Assembly (NCBI GenBank): GCA_052327205.1
Contig: CM126223.1
Coordinates: 59,396,001-59,460,000, forward strand
Direction of reading: 5' to 3'
Source of the DNA: Somniosus microcephalus
Taxonomy: Eukaryota
DNA: 64,000 bases
In this document: positions 37,411 to 49,700 of the stretch, one piece after another
How the letters are laid out: the number at the start of each line of letters is the position of its first letter
How positions within the stretch are numbered: the first letter of the stretch is position 1
The notes under the pieces: generated by a model
Told to the model about the DNA's origin: nothing
Databases searched by the model: none
Seen by the model: only the letters and a program-made list of their open reading frames with translations
Translations under genes and position numbers: made by a program

Positions 37411-39729
37411 AGCCTCCTAGCGACCAGCTTTGAAACAACATTGATGAAATCCTAAAAGCAGGTTCCCCTTGTACGGTATCTTGCCTGATAGAGTGGTACA
37501 TAGTGCACAAAAATAAATGTGGAGGAGGGAAAAAAAGACATGTTGCTACTGGAGATAGCTGTCGCTGTGCCAACAGTAAGGTAAATAGCCTGAAATGGAT
37601 ATATGCTGAGTTTACATACCTACCAACTGAGAACAACCTTGACTAAGTTCACTATAACGATGAGAAAGACATTCCAGAACTATTTTTCACACTAAAAGTC
37701 CATTTTCACACAGTTGATGCATTTGCTAATCCCACCAAACTGGCCCATCACTCTGACAATGACTTTAAACAGTCAAAGGATTTATTAATCATTGTAATTA
37801 CGTTTTTTTTTTGCTGACTTCATTTTCAAAACTAAAATAAGTGCGTGTAAAATCTATCATTTTGATTGATTTCCACGATGCGGTGTAATGGAATTTTTAC
37901 TTCAGTAAAAGTGGAAGCTGAATGAAAAGCCGAAGTGGTGGAGGTGACATTTATTGCTTTATTTGCAACATTTGTGGATTAATGAGGATCTAGCATTTGT
38001 CATTTTTCTCAATTAGATGTTTACAGGTCAAACAAGACTTTTTCCCACCATTATTAGTCCCTCACAGGTTAGTGCGTGGTGGTAATTCACTTAAATGCGC
38101 AAAAAATTCAATTGCACTGGCAGTATTTAATTGCCAGGCATTTAATGGGCTGAAGCAAGTCATTTGTGAAAGTCAGACTGTGGAACATAATAAATTACAG
38201 ACCTTCAGAGAACCTATAAAAAATCTTCTATTCATAGACAAAAATGAAAATTACTTAGTGATTTTTCAATTTCAGAGCCTTGGTGAAGCTAAAAAAACTG
38301 TGACAGTGATTCTGAAATACTAATCTTTAACATTGGTGTTAAATTAGGCTTTCGCTCGGGGCGTGATGCTAGTAAGTGCTTGCTTCACAAAAAAAAATCA
38401 AAAAGCAACTGGGTCTGCCCGGTTCAACTGACGAGAAGTGGGAGTGTGTCATCTCGTCGTTCAATGTTTTATGTTTATCAAGGGGAACTGAGGAATGTAG
38501 GCGCTAGTGAATGGAGCATTTATCCACTTTTGTTGGATAACATCAAGCATTAACTAGGCGCCAGGCATAGCGCTCTAGTAGAATACAAGATGGAGCCCCA
38601 TGCCAAATTTCCCTAGAACTTGTGCCCTCATAGCTCTTGAACTGTACCGAGATGGTTTCGCTTTCCCACGCTCTTTATCACAATAGTTTTCCTCAGCACG
38701 TTGACCAAATTAGTAACCTTGTTTTCGTGTTTAGGATTTGCCAAATTATTGCCTATTTGCACAACTTTTTAATGCTATGGTCTGCTCTCTGTAGATAACA
38801 GCCACACTCATTGTACTTTAGGATCTGCCAGAGAGACAATCGATAACTCCAAGAGCTTAGATTCAATTCCTGCTGATGCACAGACTTCATACCAATGCTT
38901 GGGACAGTGTAAATGTTGGAACTGAATGGAGACTGTGGATAAAGTTCAGCGTCTGAAGGAGGGAAGTGACCATTAAAAAGTTTTGACCATTGGCATGTGC
39001 GTTTTAACCCATGACTCACCACACGAAAATCTCCCAAGGAGGAGCAGCAGTGAGTCTATCACTGCTCCTCAGAGAAGGAAAATTCAGAACAGGCAAAGTT
39101 TAGAGCAGTTCACGTGTATTCCTCAAGAATTCTAACAGCGCGTCCTGTCCTGTGCTGTACCACCTGGTTCTTTAGACAGGAGTTCCCTTTCCTGATGTCT
39201 TCAGCCTCTCATTGGAATCCTTGGATCGTACTGTGCCAATGTTGGATGCAAAACCTGGAATGGATCACTACACTGCACTCCTGCACACTGTGTCACAGCT
39301 GGTACCACAACCATTGTCAAAGGTTTCCGAATAGGTCATTTGTTTATCATCTCCAAGTTCAAGTCCAGGCCAGACTGTCGAAACGACGGTCTCCGCAGTT
39401 CGAAGAGAATGTTCAATGTTTATAAATAAATTAAAATCTACCTGTTGTCAGTGATCCCAGTGAAATTGGGCTTCCAAAGTCCAGTTCTTAATCCGCGCAG
39501 GCTTGCTATGGCACTGGAGCAGCAAGCCAGAGGTCGTGCACCCAAATCCCACCATAGCAAGCTGTGTAAATGAATTCACTAAGTCTGGTCATTTGTGGGC
39601 CATCACCGGGGGGGAAAGAGGACCATGAAAGCTGCCAGATTCACTCCTGATGTTCAAGAAAGAAAACTGCCACCCCTACCCAGTCTGGTCTACGTATGAC
39701 TCTAGTCTACACTCTGTGATTGACTCTTA

Positions 39730-40572
39730 GGGGGTGATTTTCATTCAGGAGTCGGGAAGGAGGCGGGACTACAACTTTCGGGGTTGTAGTCCCGCTTCCA
39801 TCGAGATGCGGCCAATCCACGCGATTTTAACTTGATTGACCTTGTTGAGCCCGCCCAGCAGGCTCAGCAGGCCAATTAAGGGCCACCCGGCAACAGGTGA
39901 CATCACAGACTGAAATTTCATCTGTCAAGACGTTTTGACAGATGAAATATCAGTGTTTCACAGCTGTTTGAAGCTGTCAAACACTGACAGTCTTACTTCT
40001 AACCTGAGTCATTCTACACAGACTCAGTTAGAAATCTCACCGGCACAGAAAGCTGCAGGCTGTCACTTTTGACAGTTCGCAGCCATTCTGCTTTCTGTGC
40101 CGGTTAGATGATGGACTCCCGAAACCTAGAGGAAGGAAGGCTGAAAAGGTAAGTACAGGTAATTTAAACTTCTTTACACACTTTAGACACACCAAACACA
40201 CTTACCGTTGCACTCATGCACCCATCACTCACCTGAACACCGACATCTCGATCCCTCCAAGCCCTTCAGCCCGACGGCCCGATTCCTCCAACTTGGCGTG
40301 GTTTGGAGCAGTCGGGAATCCCACACTTCAAGCTTTAAAATAGGGATTAGGCTAAAAACTGCCTGTTAACTACCTGTTAACAGGCAGTTAATTGGCACTA
40401 ATCCCTTCCCGTCTCGGGTAGGCGGGTCCCAGTGCGGGGCGGGTACCCGCCTCCTGGGAAACTTACATGGAGGCGGGTTGGGGGCGGGATGGTGTCGGGA
40501 CCCCTGAATTCGGGACTTTAACCCCCCGCACGCCTCCAATCCCAACTCCACGTGTGAATGAAAATCGACCCC
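39730..40572. mobile_element. Harbinger-type MITE family A
   Basis: GGGGGTGATTTTCATTCA...TGAATGAAAATCGACCCC, TSD TTA. Confidence 0.88.
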
Positions 40573-40739
40573 TTATTGTCCTCGGAAGTGGCCTAGTAAG
40601 CCACTCAGTTGTCACCAAACTGGTAATCTGCTACCAGGCCGCAATGGTGCGGAGACGGTGGGGCTAAAGGTCATTGTTTGACTAAGCTTTGCCCTAGCTC
40701 TAACATTAAGCAACCCAGGGAGCACTTGATGGTAATGCT

Positions 40740-41093
40740 GGGCAGCACGGTGGCATAGTGGTTAGCACTGTTGCCTCACAGCGCCAGGGACCCGGGTTCG
40801 AATCCGGCCTCGGGCGACTGTCTGTGTGGAGTTTGCACATTCTCCCCGTGTTTGCGTGGGTTTCCTCCGGGTGCTCCGGTTTCCTCCCACAGTCCAAAGA
40901 TGTGCGAGTTAGGTTGATTGGCTATGATAAATTGACCCTTAGTGTTAGGGGGATTAAATACGTGGGGTTACAGGGATAGGGTGGGATATGTGTTGGTGTA
41001 GGGATTACGGGGATCGGGTGGGATATGTGTCGGTGCAGGCTCGATGGGCCGAAATGGCCTCTATCTGCACTGTGGGGTTTCTGTGATTTCTGT
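40740..41093 (+). mobile_element. HE1-type V-SINE (tRNA-derived)
   Basis: A/B boxes (tggcatagtgg; ggttcgaatcc), V domain gtggagtttgcacattctccccgtg...gggtttcctccgggtgctccggtttcctcccac, CR1/HER1-like tail gatgggccgaaatggcct. Confidence 0.9.
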
Positions 41094-41724
41094 GAAAATA
41101 GAATTCCATTCCCAACATTTTTGCTTCACCAGTGGCTACTTGGGATAATACACAAGACAGCAGGGTATTTAATTCACTTATTTACATTAGATGGTGACTG
41201 GTGTATCATGGTGTGACGGCACAGGCAGGGAGGGAGACGGTTGGAAATGAAAGTGACGCAGTGGGCACAAAAGAACAATGGGCTGTAAATGTTGGAGGTG
41301 CAGACCTTTAAAAAGAACCAGACGTTCTAAATTACAAGTGCAGCTTATACTGTCTATCCCGATGTCTTTCTGAGCAGGTCTTAATGAGATGTCATTTCCA
41401 GTAGCTACAGGGGATGCTATGAATGGCTCGGATTTCTTTCTTCCACACCTGCCTTTTGACCGCATCGCACACAAGTGCTGCCAGCTGCTGGAATTGTCCA
41501 AGGAATCGGGAACAGCTGAGGGGGTTGATTCCACTTACTGTATGTGCTGTAGTTATTCCCTGCTGTTGCTAAATAGGCAGTCAAGGTTTGACAGTTGCGT
41601 CACTTTGCTTTTAACATTCTGATTGCCTGCTGGCTCCTGGCACCGTCACGAATGAAGATTAGAGGGATCAGATGGAGAGACTTGCTGCTACCTTTTTAAA
41701 TACACACAGATGGGAATTAAGGTT

Positions 41725-42315
41725 TTAAAAAAATTCGTTTATGGGATGTGGGCATCACTGGCAAGGCCAGCATTTATTGTCCATCCCTAATTGCCCTCGA
41801 GAAGGTGGTGGTGAGCCGCCCTCTTGAACCGCTGCAGTCCGTGTGGTGAAGGTACTCCCACAGTGCTGTTAGGGAGGGAGTTCCAGGATTTTGATCCAGC
41901 GACGATTAAGGAACGGCCGATATACTTCCAAGTCAGGATGGTGTGTGACTTGGGAGGGGAACTTGGAGGTGGTGGTGTTCCCATGCACCTGCTGCCCTTG
42001 TCCTTCTAGGTGGAAGAGGTTGCAGGTTTGGGAGGTGCTGCCGAAGAAGCCTTGGCGAGTTGCTGCAGTGCATCTTGTAGGTGGTACACACTGCAGCCAC
42101 GGTGCGCCGGTGGTGGAGGGAGTGAACGTTGAAGGTGGTGGATGGGGTGCCAATCAAGCGGGCTGCTTTTTCCTGGATGGTGTCGAGCTTCTTGAGTGTT
42201 GTTGGAGCTGCACTCATCCAGGCAAGTGGAGCGTATTCCATCACACTTCTGACTTGTGCCTTGTAGATGGTGGAAAGGCTGTGGGGAGTCAGGAGGTGAG
42301 ACACTCGCCGCAGGA
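41725..42315 (-). mobile_element. CR1/L2-group LINE 3' fragment
   Basis: ORF 41933-42334: LSTIYKAQVRSVMEYAPLAW..LDTIQEKAARLIG; same family as 995-1146 and 8719-9033. Confidence 0.88.
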
Positions 42316-43174
42316 CGAAAATGGCGGCCGCCACAGGGACCGCCTGCAGCTGGAGAAAGAATGGCGGCCGCCGTTTTAGCGCCTTTTAATGGCATTACGG
42401 AGTGGCGCTAAGGCCACGAATTTCTAGCCCACAGATTTTGGCTGAGTGTCTTGCATTACCTCAGCAACAAAGGGTGAGTGAGATTCAGCTGAGCTCTGTC
42501 CAAGATTAAGATGGGTTGTCTTAATTGTTGACTTGAACACTATCATTGCATTTGGATCCATTTAGTAGGGGAATCAAATTAACCTGCTTCCTTTGAACTG
42601 CGTACCATTAAAAGCCATTTCATTATAATACATTTCTGAATCATATGCAGCAGATAGATCTGGGATGGTCACCGCAATAAATACATTTGCTGAAAATGCA
42701 TTTCCTGAGGTTTGCTGGAATGCTTGTCAGTTTACCGTAAGCGTTTGGAAAACAGCAACTTGCAATTATATAGAGCTGCATTAACGTAGTAATGGGTGCT
42801 TTACAGGAGCGTTACCAAACAAAATTTGACACCGCATAAGGAGATATTGGGACAGGTTGGTCAAAGGGGTAGGTTTTAAGGCAGAGCAACTATTGCTGGG
42901 AGTTGAAGGGTGGAAACTGAAGGTGACGGCCCATCGGATACAACAACAGACTGACAAATCCCATTCAACCTGGCTACGTTCACTGGTCTTGGGTGAGTCA
43001 TCTGTGGGAGCGATGGAAACCTAGTCTTTCCCATCAGGCATTAATTCCCTGAGGAGATGGCTTCATGGTATTTGTGGAAATATCCATGTGCTGGAATGTG
43101 ATAGTGGAAAGATAACTGAGGAGGGGGAATAAGGAGTGGGGCAAGTATAAGAACAAGCTCCACTAAGGCACAAT

Positions 43175-43756
43175 TAGAATCTCACAGCACAGAAGGAGGC
43201 CATTCGGCCCATCGTGCCTGTACCAGCTCTTTGAAAGAGCTATCCAATTAGTCCCACTCTCCCGCTCTTTCCCCTTAGCCCTGCAAATGTTTCCTTTTCA
43301 AGTATTTATCCAATTCCCTTTTGAAAGTTACTATTGAATCTGCTTCCACCACCTTTTCAGGCAGTGCATTCCAGATCGCAACAACACGCTGCATTAAAGA
43401 AAATCTCCTCCTCCCTCCCCTCTGGTTCTTTTGCCAATTATCTTAAATCTGTGTCCTCTGATTACCGACCCTCCTGCCAATGGAAACAGTTTCTCTCTAT
43501 CTACTCTATCAAAACTCTTCACAATTTTGAACACCTCTATAAAATCTCCCCTTAACCTTCTCTGCTCTAAGGAGAACAATCCCAGCTTCTCCAGTCTTTC
43601 TATACAACTGAAGTCCCTCATCCCTGGTATCATTCTTGTAAATCTCCTCTGCGCCCTCTCCAAAACCTTGACATCCTTCCTAAAGTGTACAGAATTGGAC
43701 ACAATACCCCAGCTGAGGCCCAACCAGTGATTTATAAAGGTTTACCATAACTTCTG
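43175..43756 (-). mobile_element. CR1 3' fragment
   Basis: ORF 43394-43723 (LERAQRRFTRMIPGMR..LFSLEQRRLRGD). Confidence 0.9.
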
Positions 43757-44247
43757 TAGGGAAATTTTCACTGTTTATTCCTGAGCCGTAACATTCTCGA
43801 TAAGTGAAATCCATTCCTCTTACCGCCAACATTTGTTCCTCAGTTCAAAGGCTGAGATCAACAAGAAGCAGCAGATGGAGGGAGGGAGGGAGCCATTCTG
43901 CTGCCAATTGACTGATACATAGATATTAGAAACATCCCTGTGATTTACAGGTCCCTCCACTTAAATATGTAAGGGTTAGAAATTAACTCCATGGGATCAC
44001 TCAGCGCAGAAAGCGAACTTCTGATAAGATCAATGCAGTGATATAAGCAAACCGTTTGTATTTGTGACAAACTGAGCCAGTCCATATTAGGCAAGGAATG
44101 TATCTTGCACAAGTTAGAGATCTTGTTATCCAATTTTAGATCAACCCTAGAAGGGCATGATCAGATTCATGGAACGTTATGCTGCTCGTTTGTGCATATG
44201 TCATGATCGGTACACTGCCATGTTTCCTACATTAAGACAGAGACTAC

Positions 44248-45061
44248 GAGCAGGAATTTCACTGGGCCGTGGAGGCGGGATTGGAGGCGTGTGGGGGGTT
44301 AAAATCCCGAAATCGGGGGGGGCACGAACCCATCCCGCCCCCAACCCGCCTCCATGCCAGTTTCAAAGGAGGCGGATACCCGACCTGTGCTGGGAGCCGC
44401 CTCCCCGAGGCGGGAAGGGGATTCGTGCCAATTAACTGCCTGTTAACAGGTAGTTAACAGGCAGTTTTTAGCCTAATCCCTATTTTTATTCCTGAAGTGT
44501 GGGATTCCCGACGGCTCCAAACCACGCCAAGTTAGTGAGGCAGGCCGTCGGGCTGAATGGCTTGGAGCGTTCCAGATGTCCGTTGTTCAGGTGAGTGATG
44601 GGTGCATGAGTGCAAAGGTAAGTGTGTTTGGTGTGTGTAAAGTGTTTAAAGAAGTTTTACTTAGCTTTTCTTACCTTTACAGCCTTCCTTCCTTCAGGTC
44701 TCGGGAGTCCCTCATCTCACCGGCACAGAAAGCAGAATGGCCGCGAGCTGTCAAAAGTTGCAGCATTCAGCTTTCTGTTCTGGAGAGATCTCTAAATCAG
44801 CCTGAGAGGAAGGAATTAACTTGGAGTACAGATTGTCAGTGTTTGACAGCTTCAAAGAGCTGTCAAATGCTGATATTTCATCTGTCAAAAGCTCTTGACA
44901 GATGAAATGTCAATCTGTGACGTCGTCTGTTGCTGGGTGGGCTCAACAAGGTCAATCAAGTGAAAATCACGTGGGTTGGCCAGAACTCGATGGAGGCAGG
45001 ACTACAACCACGAAAGTTGTAGTCCTGCCTCCTACACGCCTCCAGTATTAAAATCCAGCCC
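44248..45061. mobile_element. Harbinger-type MITE family A (opposite orientation to 34054)
   Basis: Reverse complement of the 34054-34888 body; ends AAAATCCAGCCC; TSD TAC. Confidence 0.88.
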
Positions 45062-45068
45062 TACACCT

Positions 45069-45295
45069 TGACATGAATCAGTCATTCATGAAAGAAAGAC
45101 TTATGAAATAATACTGAGCGGCCTGCGGGTGGCGCTGTCCAGGGAGAGTATAAACACTCGGGCACGGGCCCAGCTTGCGCAGGACATTCTTAACAGAAAC
45201 TAGTGAAGGACACAACTAGACCTCCATGTTGTAAAACAGTTGATTAAAGCTTTGTTTAACGCTTAGACCAAGTGCCTAGTAGTTTTCTTATGTCA
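45069..45295 (+). mobile_element. Solo LTR, copy 2
   Basis: TGACAT...ATGTCA termini, perfect 5-bp TSD CACCT, TATAAA and ATTAAA. Confidence 0.85.
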
Positions 45296-45415
45296 CACCT
45301 CAAAAGTACTTCTTTGGCTGTAAAGCGCTTTGGGACGTCCAGTAATCATGAAAGGTGCTATATAAATGCAAGTCCTTCCTTGTATTGGTTGAATCTTCCC
45401 AAGTTCATGTTGTTT

Positions 45416-45885
45416 TCCCCTGCCTCAGCTCATCTGCTGCTGAAACCCTCATCCATGCCTTTGTTATCTCCAGACTCGACTATACCGATGTTTTCCTGGC
45501 CGGCCTTCCACTTTCCACCATTCATAAACCTGAGCTCATCCAAAACTCGGCTGCCCGTTTCCCAACTCGCACCAAGTCACGTTCACCCATCACCCCCGTG
45601 CTCGCTGACTTACATTGGCTCCCAGTCTGGCAACGCCTCACTTTTTAATTCTCATCCTTGTCTTCAAATCCCTCCATGGCCTCACCCCCTCCCTATCTCT
45701 GTAACCTCCTCCAGTCCTACGACCCTCCGAGATCGCTGCGCTCCTCCAATTCTGGCCTCTTGCGCATCCCCGATTTTCATCGCTCCGCCATTGGCGGCCG
45801 TGCCTTCAGCTGCCAAGGCCCTAAGCTCTGGAATTACCTCCCTAGATCTCTCCGCCTCTCAACCTCTCTTTCCTCCTTTAAGACA
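45416..45885 (+). mobile_element. L2 LINE 3' fragment
   Basis: AETLIHAFVISRLDY..LIQNSAAR..ITPVLADLHWLPV; GGRAFSCQGPKLWN. Confidence 0.9.
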
Positions 45886-46040
45886 GAGATCGATAGATTT
45901 TTGGATATTAAGGGAATCAAGGGATATGGGGATAGTGCAGGAAAGTGGAGATGAGGTAGAAGATCAGCCATGATCTTATTGAATGACGGAGCAGGCTCGA
46001 AGGGCCAAATGGCCTACTCCTGCTCCTATTTCTTATGTTC
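45880..46040 (+). mobile_element. Short CR1 3' end inserted in L2
   Basis: KTEIDRFLDIKGIKGYGDSAGKWR* plus CR1 3' UTR; aagaca microhomology at the 5' junction. Confidence 0.85.
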
Positions 46041-47238
46041 TCTCCATTAAAACAATGGGTAGCTCAGTTGGTTGAGTGCCTCAGTTATACCAGACGGTGG
46101 AAGCGGAGAGAAAGCAGTAGGCTGCAGGGACTGAGCTTTGTTTGGCACACTGTTACAGTACTTCCTGTCAATTCCTCAATGGAAATGTGGATCCTCGGAA
46201 GCATTTCATGCCTCATGGACACAGACCTTTGTGGTAAATCTCTCTCAGCCTCCATCTGACAGATCTCTGGCCAGCTGGGCGCTCTTGCCCGCCTCGGCCC
46301 ATATCTCCTCCGCAACCATTAATACTGATCAACAGGAGGCACAACAGCGACATGCATTGAGCTGATAATTGTCAGTTTTCTCTATTTGAAAGATCACACC
46401 CAGGGTTCCACCAGGAAAGAAAGTTGGTGGAGCTCCTTCCGGCTGCAGGGTTGGTGTGCACAAGGCTTAGGGGTCATTCCTAGGGCACAACTTCGAACCC
46501 ACCAGCACCTGGTCGGGAGGTGGCTGTTCGAGCCCCTGAGCTGCCAAAGTGCCCTTTGATATTAGGGATAAAAGAGGGGGGAAAAAGCAACGGCCAGCAA
46601 TCCAATATGCTGGAAATACTCAGCAGGGTGATCGGCACCTAGAGGAGAACTGTCGAAGGACAGCAGCCCAAACATTTCTCTTTCAATTGCTGGTTGGCTT
46701 GCTGCGGACTTTCTGTGCTTGCCACACGTACTGCTGATTATATTTGCTGACGTACGAATTAATTCAGCAGCAGAGTTTTTCTTCGTTATTAAAAATTAAT
46801 TTCCTTTTAAATGTTTGGCTGATTTAAGTATTCTGATTGTGGTCATGCTGGGGGGAGGGAGGGGTGAAACAGCTCTGGAGAGACAGAGGAAACAGCTGTC
46901 GCCTTGAGATTAAAAACGCAACCAAATATTCTGGACAAGAATGGTCAGGTCTGGTCTTTAAGAAATAGGGAGACTCAGAGAATCATGGAAACTTACAGCA
47001 CAGGAGGAGGCCATTCGGCCCGTCCGGCCTCTGCTGGCTCTTTGAAACAGCAAATATCTGTGAACTCTCCCAAAAGCTCGGTTGGTAAATGCGTTGCTCA
47101 GTGTGAAGGTGAGCCACACAGGCCAGTAAGGGCCCAAGTGCTGAGATAGCTGACCTCTGCTGATATGGCAACAGGGGCACTACAATTGGCCTCAGTACCT
47201 TTGGATAGGGTGGGGGAAATTGGGCACATTTCTCCCTC

Positions 47239-47609
47239 NNNNNNNNNNNNNNNNNNNNNNNNNNNNNNNNNNNNNNNNNNNNNNNNNNNNNNNNNNNNNN
47301 NNNNNNNNNNNNNNNNNNNNNNNNNNNNNNNNNNNNNNNNNNNNNNNNNNNNNNNNNNNNNNNNNNNNNNNNNNNNNNNNNNNNNNNNNNNNNNNNNNNN
47401 NNNNNNNNNNNNNNNNNNNNNNNNNNNNNNNNNNNNNNNNNNNNNNNNNNNNNNNNNNNNNNNNNNNNNNNNNNNNNNNNNNNNNNNNNNNNNNNNNNNN
47501 NNNNNNNNNNNNNNNNNNNNNNNNNNNNNNNNNNNNNNNNNNNNNNNNNNNNNNNNNNNNNNNNNNNNNNNNNNNNNNNNNNNNNNNNNNNNNNNNNNNN
47601 NNNNNNNNN
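47239..47609. other. Assembly gap (371 N)
   Basis: Run of n. Confidence 1.
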
Positions 47610-47708
47610 AAAAGTTATAGAGCGTGCCTACACGTATGTTTGTGTGCGCATATATATGTGTGTGTATATGTATATATATGTGTGTTTATATGTATGTGTG
47701 TGTGTATA

Positions 47709-48804
47709 TCTATCTAAAAGAGTTGGTTTGTCTGTCTGTTTGTCTGTCTGTCCGCTATACACTCAAAAGTTATAGAGCGTACCTGCACGCATGTTATATC
47801 AAAAGAAAGCTTATCATTAGGGGAGTCTAATAGGTGTATTTACTTTTTGGTCAGACAAAAATTGTTCCGACAGTGTACAAAAAATGTTCAAAAATCCTCA
47901 AAAATCCGCTCATTAGCGGTTGACCAATCCTACCTCTCATTAGCGTTGAGTGACGTGCTGGTTGACCAATCCTACAGTTCAGTGACCTGATGGTTGACCA
48001 ATCGGTGCGTCACGGGTGGGACCTAATCCTCCAGCCTCCCAAAACTTCGCCGCCATTTTTCCCCCTCAAACTGCCGTTAGTCAGGTGAGTGGCAGCCATT
48101 ACAGACTGGTCGGGCCTCAAGCTCAAAAAATTTATCTCTCTCTCTCTCTCCTCTTCCCTCTCTTCTTCCCTCTCTCTCTCTCCTTCCCCCTCTCTCTTTT
48201 GCCATGAGTGCGGGACCGGCAAAACCGGGGTTTCCAACCAGCCGTCCCCGACCGCAATCGGACACTGGAGTCCGCAGCGAAAAGCGTTCCTCTGCCGCCC
48301 GGCCAACCGGGTCCAAACGTCCGCCGCGTTAACCATCAGCAACCCCGGGCTCGCTTTGGACCGCTGGGCACCCGGCCTCCCGTTGTCAGACTGACTCCGT
48401 TCTGCTACCGAGGTGAGTCCGGCCGGGCCTGAGGCGCTAGCGAGCGACAGGTGAGGCACGGAGAGAAATCAAAGGAGGGAGAGACACTGAGAGGAAGAGA
48501 GAGGGGGGAGTGAGGGAGAGGAGAGGGCGAGGGAGGGAGAGGAGAGGGGGAGGGAGAAGGGAGGGAGGGAGGGAGAGGAGATGGGGAGGGAGGGAGAGAG
48601 AGGGAGGGACTGAGAGAGCGGACAGACAGGAGCAGGGAGAGAGGGGGGAGAGAGAGGGGACAGAGAGAGGGGCAGGGAGAGAGAGGGGGAGGGAGAGAGA
48701 GGGTCAGGGAGGGAAAGAGTGACACAGAGCGGGGGAGCGGCAGCGCCCGGCCGTAAACCGCGCGGCCCAAAATTGCCCTGGCAACGCCGGGCCCCCCCAG
48801 CTAG
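47709..48804 (+). mobile_element. Non-autonomous Helitron, unit 1
   Basis: 5' a|TCTATCTAAAAG followed by (CTGT)n; 3' hairpin gccctggcaacgccgggc then CTAG|t. Confidence 0.85.
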
Positions 48805-48824
48805 TGTATATATATATGTGTGTA

Positions 48825-49700
48825 TCTATATATATAAAACGGTCGATCTGTCTGTCCTTCTGTCTGTCTGTCCTCGGGTGTGCGTCTGCCCGGCTATGCG
48901 CTCGAAAGTTATACCGCGTACCTACGCGCGCGTTACCTCCGAAGAAAGCTTACGCTTCCGGGACGCTGGTAAGCGTATTTACTTTTCGGTCGGATGAAAA
49001 TTGTTCGCGCCTTATGCAAAAAACCTTCAAAATTAAACTCATTATCTGCTAGCATTGATTGACTGACGTCAAGGTTCGACCAATCCTGTGCCGTCATGAT
49101 TGACCAATCCTACAGTACGGTCCCCTGATGGTTGGCCAATTGGTGTGTGTGTGTGTGGGCGGGACTAATCGTTTTCATCTCGGGGATCTGGCAGCCATTG
49201 TTTCAGTGCCATGACTTCAGCTTCCAGCTCAAACTACTTTGAAAGTTAGTATCTCTTTTAAAAATAACATACGATTTACCAAAAACGTTTTATAAGTACT
49301 TTCACTTTCATCTTTCAAGGTATTAAGTGTGTGTGTGGGCGGGACTAATCGTTTTCATCTCAGGGATCTGCCAGCCATTGTTTCACTGCTTGCAGCTCAA
49401 ACTACTCTCCTTATCCAGCTTTGAAAAAGTTAGTTTCTCTTTTAAAAATAACATAAGATTTACCAAAAACATTTTATAAGTACTTTCACTTTCATCTTTC
49501 AAGGTATTAAAAGGTAGAAATCTTGCCCGGCAGCAGATTCACAAAGGAACACAGACAGGACCCTAAAGCCTGGGACTCGATTTAAAATGTTGCCCGGCAC
49601 CAGATTCACAAAGGGACACAGACAGGGCCCCAAAGCCTGGCACTCGATTTAAACCGCCCGCCCCAAAACAGCCCTGGCAAAGCCGGGCTCCCCCAGCTAG
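48825..49700 (+). mobile_element. Non-autonomous Helitron, unit 2
   Basis: 5' a|TCTATATATATAAAA; 3' gccctggcaaagccgggc...CTAG; internal ~180-bp duplication. Confidence 0.88.

Noticed and set aside
38780-39430. Coding exon or processed pseudogene in unique, balanced-composition DNA
   Set aside because: The frames I translated hit stops and I recognised no protein family; a BLASTX would settle it
47165-47717. ORFs of 151 and 165 aa
   Set aside because: Artefacts of reading through the N gap
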